Assembly (NCBI GenBank): GCA_050084515.1
Contig: CM114271.1
Location: 35,898,001 to 35,962,000 of the forward strand
Reading direction: 5' to 3'
Length of the DNA: 64,000 nucleotides
Source of the DNA: Blasia pusilla
Lineage: Eukaryota
Shown: positions 11,330 to 22,956 of the stretch, in pieces
Numbering within the stretch: position 1 is the stretch's first letter
Layout: every line of letters starts with the position of its first letter
The notes under the pieces: generated by a model
What the model saw: the letters and a program-made list of their open reading frames with translations, nothing else
Told to the model about the DNA's origin: nothing
Databases searched by the model: none
Translations under genes and position numbers: made by a program

Positions 11330-13255
11330 GGAACCTATCGCTCGTTGTGAGTTGTATAGCGATACGCCAATCTTTTGAAGATCCTACAAGTACGGTGATA
11401 TGGAGAGGGCTTTGATTTAGAGTAGGATCCAAGACTTGATTGGAGCAGGACTAGTGGAGATGTTGCATGGAGATTATTTTTCTGCCATTGTTATGCCCGC
11501 CAAGAAGGATGTGCATGGCAACTGGACGGATAGGCGGATACGTGGAGCTTATGGACCTATCAATCGGTAGACAAAGTTTGATAGGTATGCCATGCCCAGC
11601 CCTGAGGAGATCTTTGATGTTATTGGGCATGCAAAGGTCTTCAATTTGTTAGATCTTCAAGCCGTATACCATCTACTGCCTATCAGATTGGAGGATAGGC
11701 AGAAGACAATATTTTGGGGTATCGATCCTCACGGGAAGGATTCCCTGCACCAATGGCGTTTCTTACCATTTGGGTTAAAGAACGCTCTGGCTGAGTTTCA
11801 GAGGATCGTGGATAGGATCTTGGCAGATCTAGATTTTTCTACGCGTTATATTGATGACATCTTAGTCTTTAGCGCCATGATTGAGGAGTATGAGCGACAT
11901 CTAGAGGAGGTGTTTTGATGATTGCAGTTATATGGGCTAAAGCTACGTCCACGCAAGTGCAAGTTCTTCTACGACCGGATTAAGTACTTGAGTCATACGA
12001 TATATCCACATGGCCTTGGTGTGCAACAAATAAAGATAGAGGCTATTTCACACATTCCACGCCCTACAGATGTGAGTCGAGTTCGTGCATTCATAGGATT
12101 GGTGAACTTCTATCGACAAAATGACAAGGGTTTTAGTTAGATTGCAAAGCCGCTAACCTTGCTGACCAAGATGGATCACAAGTGGCACTCAAGGGATGAG
12201 CGCAAGAGCTCAAGGACAAGTTGATGTCCGCGCCCATATTGAGGAGACAGATCAAGGGGCTTCCTTTCTAGTTGCATACAAATTGGAGCATGTTGGGGCT
12301 TGGAGTTGTGCTCACCCAACATGACGATGAGGGTAGAGAGTTTGTGGTGGCTTACGCTAGTTGCTTGAACAACGTTGTAGAGACAAAGTATAGCTTGTAT
12401 GAGGGTGAGTGTTTGGTTGCAATTTGGGTTGTTGCGCATTTCAGGTATTACTTATTCGGCAACCACTTTACCATCATTACTGATCATCAACCATTTAAGT
12501 GGTTGATGGAGTTCGACAAGCTTACAAGGAAGCTTGCAAGGTGGGCTGTATTGTTGCAAGAGTATGATTTCCAGGTGGTACATAGACCTAAGATGCTCAA
12601 CCAGGATGCAAATGGTTTGAGTCATAATGTACCCATGCTCGAGTCAACGAGATGTGACTTGAGCTCAGTGGCATAGAGAGAGTGATGAGGAATTAGTGCC
12701 AAGATGGCATGCGTGAGCCTATTAGGCTTGTTGGCTATGGAGAGCCAGAGTGTTGAGACTTCGATGGTGAGGTCTGAAGGAGAGTCTGGAATACCTACAT
12801 CTAGAGGCCGGTGAGGAGGCAAAAGATGACCAAGATATTCACGAGGATGGAGTAGTCTTAGAGTACCTATGTACTGGCAGCGTTGCGAGCACAATGGGTC
12901 CTAGAGAGCAGGATTGGATCCTACAGCAAGCCAAACGGTTTCGGAGGGAGTGGACATATGTGTTGTGAGTTTGGCAAGATAGTAGAGTACATGTAGTGCC
13001 TCATCCTTCATATAGAGCACGTTTGGTTTAGGCATGCCCATGAGGATTTTGGTCATTTTGGAGTGAAGTGGACGTACAACTTGCTCCAGATACAATATTG
13101 ATGGCGAGGCATGCAGACTGGTGTTCAATAGTTTGTTACCAGGTGCATGGTTTGTGATCGGGTCCGAGCATCGTTCAATGCTCTGACTCCACAGCCTTCC
13201 AATCGTGGGTTTAGGTTATAGATGGAGTTTGGATTTTGCACGCCCTTTACCTTAG
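11330..13255 (+). mobile_element. Ty3/gypsy pol relic (RT, RNase H, integrase N-terminus)
   Basis: LDL..YH.LPI..ED..KT.FWG; FLPFGLKNA; YIDDILVFS; RNase H VVAYAS...YEGECL...TDHQP; integrase zinc finger HEDFGHFG...CMVC; WSLDFA. Confidence 0.95.
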
Positions 13256-13599
13256 ATTGATCCTTTTTTTCAACCCTTTCAATCTTTGATCTTGTATGTT
13301 TTTTATGTTCAAGGGTAATTGGAAATATTAGTCTTTGTTTATTTGGGGGGGAGGAATTTCTATTTGGGACACTGAATACCCTTATTTTTTCGACTTATTC
13401 CCCTACTCCACAATTGGGAAGGACCATAACCACTTAATAAGTGGATAAACATCCTCACTCTGATAGATTTGGATTGGTGATCCTTCCATTTGGCCATAGA
13501 TGCTCTCCGATTTGATGCATTTTGTAGCATCGTTCCCTCTTGAGTCATGGGAGTAGTCAAGGTCTCATCTTGAAAATATCATGGATATATTTGAGACAC

Positions 13600-14240
13600 G
13601 TTTTCCTTGCTCGAGGTTAGTCCATAAGACATTCTATTCAAAATGACCTACGCCATGCTCTATTACTTCCCCCAACTAGGATTGCACTGGTCTCTATATA
13701 AGGACAAGCTCTCTTGGTATTTAATGCTTCTCCTACCCAATTGGTATATTGGCTTTACTCATATTGGGAAAGCCGGACATAGGGAGGTTTTGGCATAACT
13801 CAAGAAATTTAGAGGAAGTTACTAGAAGTCTCCTTAGAGCAACTTTGTGGCTTGCATTAAAGGCAACTCTTCAATTGATTTTCCATTAGGCTATCTTGTA
13901 GGAAACATTGTAGGACATTGGGACTTTCTTGCAAATACTCATGAGTGGCCTATGCTCTTTGTCCTTTAGTTATCACACCCCCAAAAATTGATACTATCCA
14001 TGCCCCTAGGAGCCTACATCCTTGCCCAATGGTTGACATTCCAACTTTCATGCATGACTTCCATCTTGACATGGATCCGTGTCTCTATGCACAGGCACTT
14101 GGACCTTTGCCATTGGCTTGTGGAGGTTTGCCAAATATGGTGTAAGAAAATCAATGGGATTTCTAATTTTCCAAAAGATCCTACTAGCGGCTTCTCCAAA
14201 TTGCTATTGTTTAATTGCCTCTCACCTAGGTCAAGGGATA
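13600..14240 (+). mobile_element. Older fragment of the CRE-like non-LTR family seen at 38-42 kb
   Basis: WYIGFTHIGKAGHREVLA*LKKFRG and GGLPNMV...KDPTSGFSKL match WFLRYTRGGKAGHREVVA*LRRFRG and GLSGIMY...EDSASSFSEL of the 38-42 kb element. Confidence 0.7.
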
Positions 14241-14399
14241 ATTCTAGTAGTAGAATCCAAAGTTTTCAGGTCGGGGCGAGTCTAGTCAAAAAATTTGAAT
14301 TGATGTTACACATCAATTCAAATTTTTTCTTGCCGAAACATAAAGATAGATGTGTTATATTATATAGTAGAGAAGTAACAGATTGGGACGCCATGGCCC

Positions 14400-16060
14400 A
14401 ATTTTGTTCGAAGAAAACTGACCCGGCCCGAAACGCAGTCCCGTCGGTCGAAGAGCGTGTTCGCCGGGTAATCTGGACCAGTTTAGGAATAGCATCGTAC
14501 AGAAATGGATTGTCCGATATCAGCGCACTCCGGAGTGTCGGTTGTAGAGTCGACTTTTGGGCGTGGCGAAGACTATGCGACCTTAAAGTATGAAGGAAAG
14601 GAAGGCACTGACCACAGTTTGAAGAGTCTCACCCACTAGTGAGTCGCGCCCCGTTGGTTAGCGTGCCAATGGTTGTATTCCCACTAGGAAACTGAAAAGA
14701 AAAAAATGAAAATAGACTATGAGGGTTGATTGGTTGAAGGAAAGGAACTAATTCATTCATATGAGGACGGGACTTCGACCAGAAACCGTTCACACGAACC
14801 AATCGAACGAAGGAGAACACAAAGTAAATTGATGGAAGCTCGGACCCATATCATTCACACGGTAGGAAAAGTGTTAATCTCAAAAATCGACGGTGTACAC
14901 TGGATAGTTTTCCCGACCGAGGGAAACGAACGAAAAGTCCGTTCGGAGAAGTGTGCTCTGCCAACAATATTGTTCCAGCAGTTGATCACGCTGTGGGTCC
15001 CGAAATGTTTGATTCGGCTATTTTTCCAGTCCATCCACTGGTCCGTCTCCACATCATGTACATGAATAAATAAAAGAGTTAGATTTTGTCACTTGCGACG
15101 ATAGATCTCTAGAGATTCATGTCTTGCCGATCCCGTTCTGTCATGAATCTCTAGCACATTGTGTGGGGCCTCTAACTCGAGTGTGCTCGTGATCAGGTTC
15201 GAATAGGACGAATGAGTGGAATTGTGTGTGTAGGGTAGAAAAAGAACGCAATACAACGAAACTCAGAAATGGACGCAACGCTTCAAGTAGCTTCCAGCGC
15301 ATCACAACTGAGGTGTGCTGGGTGTAGGCCTTGAGTGTGGTGATCGAGCTTGTGACCCAAATCTTCCATGGATTTTCAAACCTATTGCATGTTACAGTTG
15401 GCGCAGTTGATCACTCGCGGTCTGGAGGTTGGATTTGCCTGAAAAGGAACAGGCAAGTGAATCAGCCACTGGCATGGACAGAGATGGCGACGGGCCGGTG
15501 TGCTCGAGGCGACGGAAGAATCGGCAGGTGATGCGAGAGCGAGCCAGGGTAAGATGAGAAAGCAATGTCAGATAGGAGCTTGGACACAGTTGCAATGCGC
15601 TGCGAGCTTTTGTCGAATTCGAACGTGGGAGATCCTGGCCATGAGAGCGGAATTGAAGAAGCAGTGCCTTCAGTTTTTCGTAAGAAAACACCGCTGGCAA
15701 TGTATGGTGCTGTTAGTTTGGATTTCGTTCTGGAATTCCCGGAGCCCGAGATAGCATACAAGCCCAAACCCAGCAGATCATCATCAGCGCTGTCTCCAAC
15801 GATTGTGCCTGTACCCCGACCTGACCTCGAGGGGAATAGGGAACATTGCGAACTGGAGGGAAGAGTGGAGAAGAATCCATGGAAACGTGGCGTTGAAAAA
15901 TGTGGATGAAGCGGCGGGCATTCGGATTGTATGCCAAACCGTTGCTGGTCAGAAAAGGTGATCTGTAGGCGGTGTGCATTGGCTACACCACTCGCGGTAA
16001 CTGCGAAATCGTCCTCTGCAGTTGCTTGGCCGACGAAGGAGGTTGCAATGGTCGATCAAG
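14400..16060 (-). pseudogene. Highly degenerate intronless F-box/kelch-like (beta-propeller) gene relic
   Basis: Collinear weak motifs: ISQLPRVV*../PTDHLF*PATVWHTIR...SSTFF (F-box), VAISVHASG, IWVTSSIT, NLI...LEIHDRT, HDVETDQW, SIFEIN. Many stops. Confidence 0.5.
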
Positions 16061-17345
16061 ACATTTCGTTTTCAGGTTCCTCCTTGAACCGATCATTCGA
16101 AGCTTTAAACTACGCGCTTTTCAAGTCAATCTGGATTCACACAATCTGAGTCGACAACACGATGATGAATCCAGATCCAGATCTTTCTGTTTTAGGTCCC
16201 TACTTGGACTGATTAGTGGAAGCTTTGAACTACCGCTCCAGTCCTCCCGGCTAAATCGTAGGTACTTTTTAGAAGTCGACGCACACGTCTGTGACCCCAA
16301 GCATTTCGAGTAAAGATAGTAGGTTTCCTGCTTCACAGTAGATGGATCGCCCCCCAATAAAATCTCACGCGTATGCTCCGTCTTTCGAGAAACTTAAAGA
16401 ATTTTGCGAGTTGAAGTGATTGTTGACTGGGTTTACAGATCCGTTCATCTCAATCTCGGGCCTTTTACATCTATGGAACCGAACCGAACGATGCATATCA
16501 GTATATCATGATTTGTGAGTGCATAAATACAAATACACTAGAGATTCGAATTCGACCTTTCGCAGAGTTTACTTACGTGATAAGATGAGATAAGATGAGT
16601 ATAACATGAGACGCCGCTGTAGAGGACTAGCGTGTGGCCAAGTGAGAATGTCACAAATTCTGGAGAAGAGGCATTCAAATTTCTTTTCATCCTCACGCGT
16701 ATTTTGGCCGCAATAAGGCGTTGAACGAAAGTAACGTTCACATCAAATCAAATCAAAAGAGAAGGGCGTGCAACGGCTCTAGCTAGAGAGTACATCATCA
16801 TCATCCACCGGGGTAAAGGTACATAGTTATTGACAGTTTTGCGAAATTGCAAAATAATGGGACAATATGGGAAAACAATGGGACAAGAAGCTGCGGGTTC
16901 AATATGATTTTTCCAAGCATTGTGGACAAATGGGGATGGGAGTATTCAAAGAATGGAAAACAAGGACGCAAGTTCCCCTTAGTAGGAACATTGTACACAG
17001 CTTTGCGAAGCAAGCTGCTAGCTTTCAAATGCACATACACGTAATTGAAATAATACCCCTCCATTTGGAAGTGTTGGAGGGTCAGTCACATAACATTTCA
17101 ACATTATCACTACATATTCTCGAGGAGTGAATCTCGAGAACTTAAGCTCCACATGAAGTATAAGCTCAGGCAATCCCTTGTATAATGATACAAGTTCATC
17201 TGCTAGCAGAGCAAATTTAGCATATCACCACCCACCAGATTTGATTCAAAACATTTATAGACAATTCATTAACTTTTCGCCTATTTACACTGACACAATG
17301 TTTCTAAAGGAGTCGTCACAGTTAATTCCCGCATCCGACTGTTTT

Positions 17346-19455
17346 TCAGGCTGAAGCAGAAGCAGCGGCAGCAACTGTCTTTGCCACCTCCGATGCCTCC
17401 TTCGCTACATCGGTGAGCAGATTCTTGACTTGGTTGGACATGATTCGAGAGGCATAGGATCCTGCACCAGGCCCTCCAATAGCACATTCCCATCCAAAGT
17501 ACTACCATGAGTGGTATCAAACCAGAACCTCTGAAAACATGCAAGGTGGGACATGAACCATAATCTAGCAGTACCCTTCAGAAAGCACCATCCATAGAAA
17601 AAAGATGCAAAGCTACCACTTATAGTGAGAACAACATAAGAGGCTCAGCTTCCTCACCCAAAGGGCCTGGCGGGATGAAAGAGGGCAGCACTTCCTGCTG
17701 GACCACAAGCTTAGAAGTTGTGGGCTCGCCCTCTACTGGAAGAGGCTCCACAGTCCAAGAGCCGTGGAAGACTTGGAGAAATCCTGGCTTGTCTCTGTTG
17801 CCCACAAACAGAGGAAATATTACTGGACATTTGAGAGAGGGGATCCTAATGTCTTGTCCTGTGACAATCAGTTTGAGATGCAAGCGTTGACGGGTCTGCT
17901 TAACTTAGTTTAATGCAACAGACACAGCTGAATAGTGCACAAAAAGCTCACGGGCGAAAGGAGCAGCTGATACAAGAAAACTACTGACATGACAAAATGG
18001 AGAACGTCTGGGAGAATCTTACAAATTGTAAGACATGGAACGAGTCTCGGGATTGGGCTTCATTCTCACTCGCACATTATAATTTCCAGACCACATGAGA
18101 AAGTTCCAGTGCACGTGTTGTGTCACCACTTTCTCATCTCCCCTATCCTCCACTTCAACTCTGTCAACTGACCTAAAAACTCGTGCATTGCTGTCATAAT
18201 CTGTGATAATGCTATATAGAGAGTCTGGATCGGCTTCCGTAACCACAGACCCTTCCACCTGAAAATTCTTGCTCTGGACGTCCAGGGAACAGAACCTTGA
18301 ATGAGGTCAGACGTATTGGGTGAAAGTTCGAATGAGCATCTTATTACCAGGTAAGCAAGATCCTGATTCAAATACATTCTGCAAGGTGCTGGATTTTTCA
18401 CTTGCCCGTTCTACCAAGCCAGAATAGCACCGATTATTACAAGACACAGACACTTATAGGGTATTTGGATGTGGTCTTCAGCAAACTCTGAGTCGCAGTC
18501 TTTATGGATTAATTGCTGCAACGTGTAATCCAATTAAAGCATCACGGACAAGCTTTGTCATCACAAGTCAAGAAAGACATGAATATACCCTACCTTACTT
18601 CCAGAAAGCAACCCAGGAATGAACTTACCCCTTTCTGCACGTTTACTTTGGGTTGAGGTTTAAATAATGAAGCCATATTGTTCTTCTGGTCCCTGCAAAA
18701 TTTGCACACCTTCCGATTACTCGATCCATGATAGCGAAGTCAGTCGCACGAATATATTCTTGGCTGAATTCATTCCTTACCACCGAGACTCAAGATTGTG
18801 GCCCTAATACTAAAATGACTTTCTCAAATCATTCTGGTTGCATCACTCCTCTTTCTCCTACAACTTGGCAGAACTCTTATCGAAACCCGCTCTCCACAAC
18901 CACTTTGTAGTCAACACAGAATCAGGACCCTGTCGGATTACATCCTGTGAAGCAATTATCATTTGAATCCCCTGCACATATCCTGACTTCTTATGCTGTA
19001 CCTCCCAGCTACCAAACACGCCAAACAAACCATCTATCAATTCACTCGAGAGACAATTTCTGCAGCACTGCGGTGTAACTCGAGATGGCTACCGCGAAGA
19101 ATTCACTACCAAACGCCTTCAGGATAAAAAGAGGCAGATGAGCAGCAAATTGTAAATGACATGAAAGGAACCGAAATCGCAAGGGCTCCAATAAAACTCA
19201 CCCCTTCTCAAAACCTCTGGCAAGGCCCCTTCCAGAAGCACCATCCGCAGCCAAGGATGACGGTGCAGGGCCCCCTCCCCGCCTGCGTGTCTTCCACTGG
19301 TCCTTACCACCAACAGGCCATGACGAATTCCCGCCCCTATTCCACGAGGATCCGGTCCTTCTGTTGCTGGAAAACGCCGGTCTCTGCGGCTGCTGCTCCT
19401 GTCTGTCTTCGTTGCTGCAATTCTGCTGGTGGCTACTCTCCTCTTGCTCCCCCAT
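17346..19455 (-). CDS. Polyketide cyclase/dehydrase and lipid-transport (START/SRPBCC superfamily) protein, ~278 aa
   Basis: Phase-consistent GT-AG exons 19455-19202, 18692-18599, 18258-18023, 17794-17658 and 17461-17346 (837 nt). The domain reads VEGSVVTEADPDSLYSIITDYDSNARVF...PGFLQVFHGSWTVEP...QQEVLP..PP, after a low-complexity N-terminus. Confidence 0.85.
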
Positions 19456-19799
19456 TCCTCTCAATTCCTCACCCCAGTCGAAAACAACCCCAAAATGCAA
19501 TAAGCTACTGGCTTCACGACCTTCACTCCGTCCGCCCGCAACCGATCGACAGACGAACCGGAGCTCCCCGCTCCCGCTACCTCTCCGTGTGTGTGTTCTT
19601 CATTTTCCACCGTCAATTCGACGTTCAACGCCTGCAGGATAACAATGCGTAAACTGCGGTGCAGCTAGAATTTCTACCGGGCTTCTCAAATTTGGCATAG
19701 ATTCGCTGCTGCGATACTGTGTCTGTCTGTTCCGCTCCGTAGCCCTCCTCTGTCTCTCACCGTAGAAGCATACTATCCTCATGGTTCAAACGGAAACTC

Positions 19800-20340
19800 A
19801 GTGTTCAACATACGCAACATAACAAAACGCAAAGGCTGGTGCGTGTAAAATCTCGACCCGCATTCTAAAATTACGATGCACTCGCTGGAGCGATGGATGC
19901 TGTCCGTCTGTTCCGCTCTTCTGTATCCCGGAATCTTCTCCTCTATTCGAAGAGTAGCAGCTTGCGGAGAGCCTCTTCTCGTACGTCCCCAAGAGCCGGA
20001 TCCTGATCACCGCCATGTGGCTACCAGCGATTCTCCCGTCCACAGTATTGGACCGGATACCGCCGGTGGAAACTGATTGATTCAGGTAGAGTCAGGTCTA
20101 GGGTCCAACGACAGAGTACGGCTCGGGAAGTTCTCCCTGCCTGACATTAAAACCTACGTCCAAGTTTTTTCGAAGTAGTAGGAGTGACTATCGTGTATCC
20201 CATCCGGAGGATCGAACTGCTGCTCGTGCCCACGTCGTGTACGCGTCTCCCAAGGCTTTCCAAAACGGGATGAAACCTCCGGGCCATGATTAGCTCTTCC
20301 ACCGGGTACTCAAAATTTTCGATCGCTGCCCTTCCTCCGG
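19800..20340 (-). pseudogene. Possible F-box-like relic
   Basis: IENFEYPVEELIMARRFHPVLESLGRRV loosely fits an F-box pattern in CpG-rich, non-TE-like sequence. Weak. Confidence 0.25.
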
Positions 20341-22109
20341 GCACGGTGGACGGGTTTCCTGATTGTAATTCACTTTGCCACATTAATTTGGAAGAGCCTC
20401 TACATACAAGTACGGTTTTAGTTCCCTTTCACGGAGTTTATCCACCTGAACTTCATGAAGGATCTCTCTTCTCTTGCATGTGTGAATAGAGGGATGACAT
20501 GAAGCTAGGGTGAAAAAAATGAACGGAAATCTAATGTCTCCACCCCCTTCATTCATTGATTATAATTAATTCTTGTGTTACCATGTGTCACCACCAAGAA
20601 AGTTCCCATAGGACAGATGTTGATAGGAGGAAGAGGAATTCTAACCCCATCCTCTGTCAATAGTATAGATTTTCTTCCCCTCTCAAAGTAGTCCGACGTG
20701 GGACACTCTAGCATTTGGTGAGCATTTCTCTATGGATACACCCATAGTGGATTGTCTTAAAGGTGATCGTTGAGATTGCTTTCAATTCAATGTCTTGTGA
20801 GTTACTTCAGCGAGGATGTTGGAGGTCCCATGTCACATATTAGGCGCCCGACAAGTAGAGTTTTACCGTGTCATGGTGTAAAGAGTCATAGGGTTGTTTG
20901 GGCAAAACTTTGTCCGAGGTGGTCTAATGAGGTTGGCTACATTTTCATTGCGTCGAGATCATTATTTGTCACAAACCCTCTCTTTTGCAATTTTGCATGG
21001 ATTACCATTTTGACTATTTTTGGGGGAAGAGCTATTATGGCTCTTCCTAAAGATCTAAAAGATGGGGAGATGGCTTTCAATTTCCAATTTTCTTATGTTG
21101 AGCCTATGAAGCATTCATCCTTTTAGGGTTTTGTAGGAGTTTGAAGGTTAAAGTCCACATTCCCTCATGGTAGAAGATGGATGTGTCTTCATGACTATGT
21201 GTAGATTTGAGAATGGACTTTTCCATGTGAGCCATTTTTACTTTGATTTTACTTGGCAAAGATAGATAGAGATAACCATTGCGTGCAAGTGGAGAAATCG
21301 AGTTGCCTCGTTGGAGATCCCCTTGGAAGCATGTTGATAGGATTTTGAGGTTTTTTTTTTTCCATTCCAAAGGCCATGTGCGGAATAGTGGCAGCAACAA
21401 TATCATAGAAAAAAAATAGTATTGCATAGAAAGACATGGACGACACAAGGCATATCGACATGCAAAGTTTCTGAGGTGCGGTAGGCACCATCGAGTTACA
21501 TGATTTCATGCAATGGAAGACCTCTCTCTAGTTATCCAGCAAGATAATATCTAGTGATACCATGGCACGCCCTATATCGGGTCTAGCATGCATCTCCGCC
21601 ATCCTAGCAACCACAACCTGCCATGACTCTTAGGTGGATGACCTGAGCAAACTCTCCAAGGGTAGGTCCGCCACCTCCTCTGCAATCACCTCTGATTGTG
21701 ACGCATGAACACCAACTCCACGCTCACATAGTGTAGTGGCCAACTAGAAAACCTCGGCGGGCGTACCTCCCAACATCGTAACATCCGAAGCAGAAAACAA
21801 TGGGATGTGGTACATAGCAATGGCCGCCCCCAACAACATACTCAACACAGGCTCGACCTGAGCACCTACAATAGGAGTCTTTGCGTTTGCTTCTCCCATG
21901 GCCCTCCATGCCTACACTCCCTCATCAAGACCCATCGATGGGGTCCTCATCGCCGCGGACAAAGTAGAAGACTGAGGAATCTCGGTCTATTTCTTGGCCT
22001 TGCCTCTCTGCAAATCCAACTCTGTAGCTACTCCACGTATAACAACATTGGCTCCCTCCATCTGTGCAGCCCTGCACATCCAACCAGATCCTCCATGTCT
22101 CTAGCTGCT

Positions 22110-22259
22110 CCATAAGATGTCGATGCCACTAATCCGGCATCAATTAAACTCAATGCCATAGCGGCAATCTTCTACTCCAACTGGTGTATCTAAGTAGCAG
22201 ATTGCCGCTATGGCATTGAGTTTAATTGATGCCGGATTAGTGGCATTGCCATCTTATGG
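22110..22259. repeat. Foldback inverted duplication, 67-bp arms with a 16-nt loop
   Basis: 22110-22176 is the reverse complement of 22193-22259 with three mismatches. The loop region recurs at ~22259-22293. Confidence 0.95.
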
Positions 22260-22904
22260 CAATTTGCTACTCCAACTGGTGTATGTGAGTAGCCATCCCC
22301 GCCTCACGCCCGGAGTCTTCCTCGATGCGCCTAGGTGGTGGACCTCTACCTCCTCCACGGGAAACTCCACCACCCCCACAGGAAAATCCAAATCCTTGTC
22401 CCCCAACGGGACCCCCTAGTGCACAATCTCTAAGCCCACCTAGACTGGAAATTCGCTATGGTGCCCTCTATGGCCCTCGGTCCAGACGTAACTCAAGGTG
22501 TAGGCTTAAACACCTCTCGCGTGTATGACCAAACCTCTAAAAATGGTCACACTAGTAAACTCCTGGTGCAGACCCATCTCCTCCTCCTCCATGTTGAAGT
22601 ACACGTCCACTACCGTGACGAGTGTAGTCGCGTTGGTGATGGGCTCCATCACATGCCCAACAAACAATCCCTAACCGTTGTTGCTGAGCCGTATATGATG
22701 GCACGGGTCTCTATGGCATAGACTCTCGGTATCCTCCTTGAGCTTGTGGTGCCACACTTCTCTCCCAAGATCCACGTTAACATTGCTGCACTAGTGGTGT
22801 AGGCAATCGTGATTGCTCTCGCACGAAAACCCATGGCTGCTACGCTCTCTTCAGTCATGTTGCACTCAATACACTCCGTAGTCTCAAAAATATCTCTTAT
22901 TGTA

Positions 22905-22956
22905 GGTGAGGGATGGGGTACTTTTTATGCGCATAAAAAGTACCCCATCCCTCACC
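22905..22956. repeat. Perfect 52-bp palindrome with no spacer
   Basis: GGTGAGGGATGGGGTACTTTTTATGC|GCATAAAAAGTACCCCATCCCTCACC. Confidence 0.98.

Noticed and set aside
15565-15909. + strand 114-aa ORF and overlapping short ORFs
   Set aside because: No domain; better explained as antisense to the decayed - strand relic.
19002-19059. Candidate extra exon (CAG|...GAG|GT) in intron 1 of the START-domain gene
   Set aside because: Its 58 nt shift the frame and create a stop in the next exon; exon 1 joins 18692 in frame without it.
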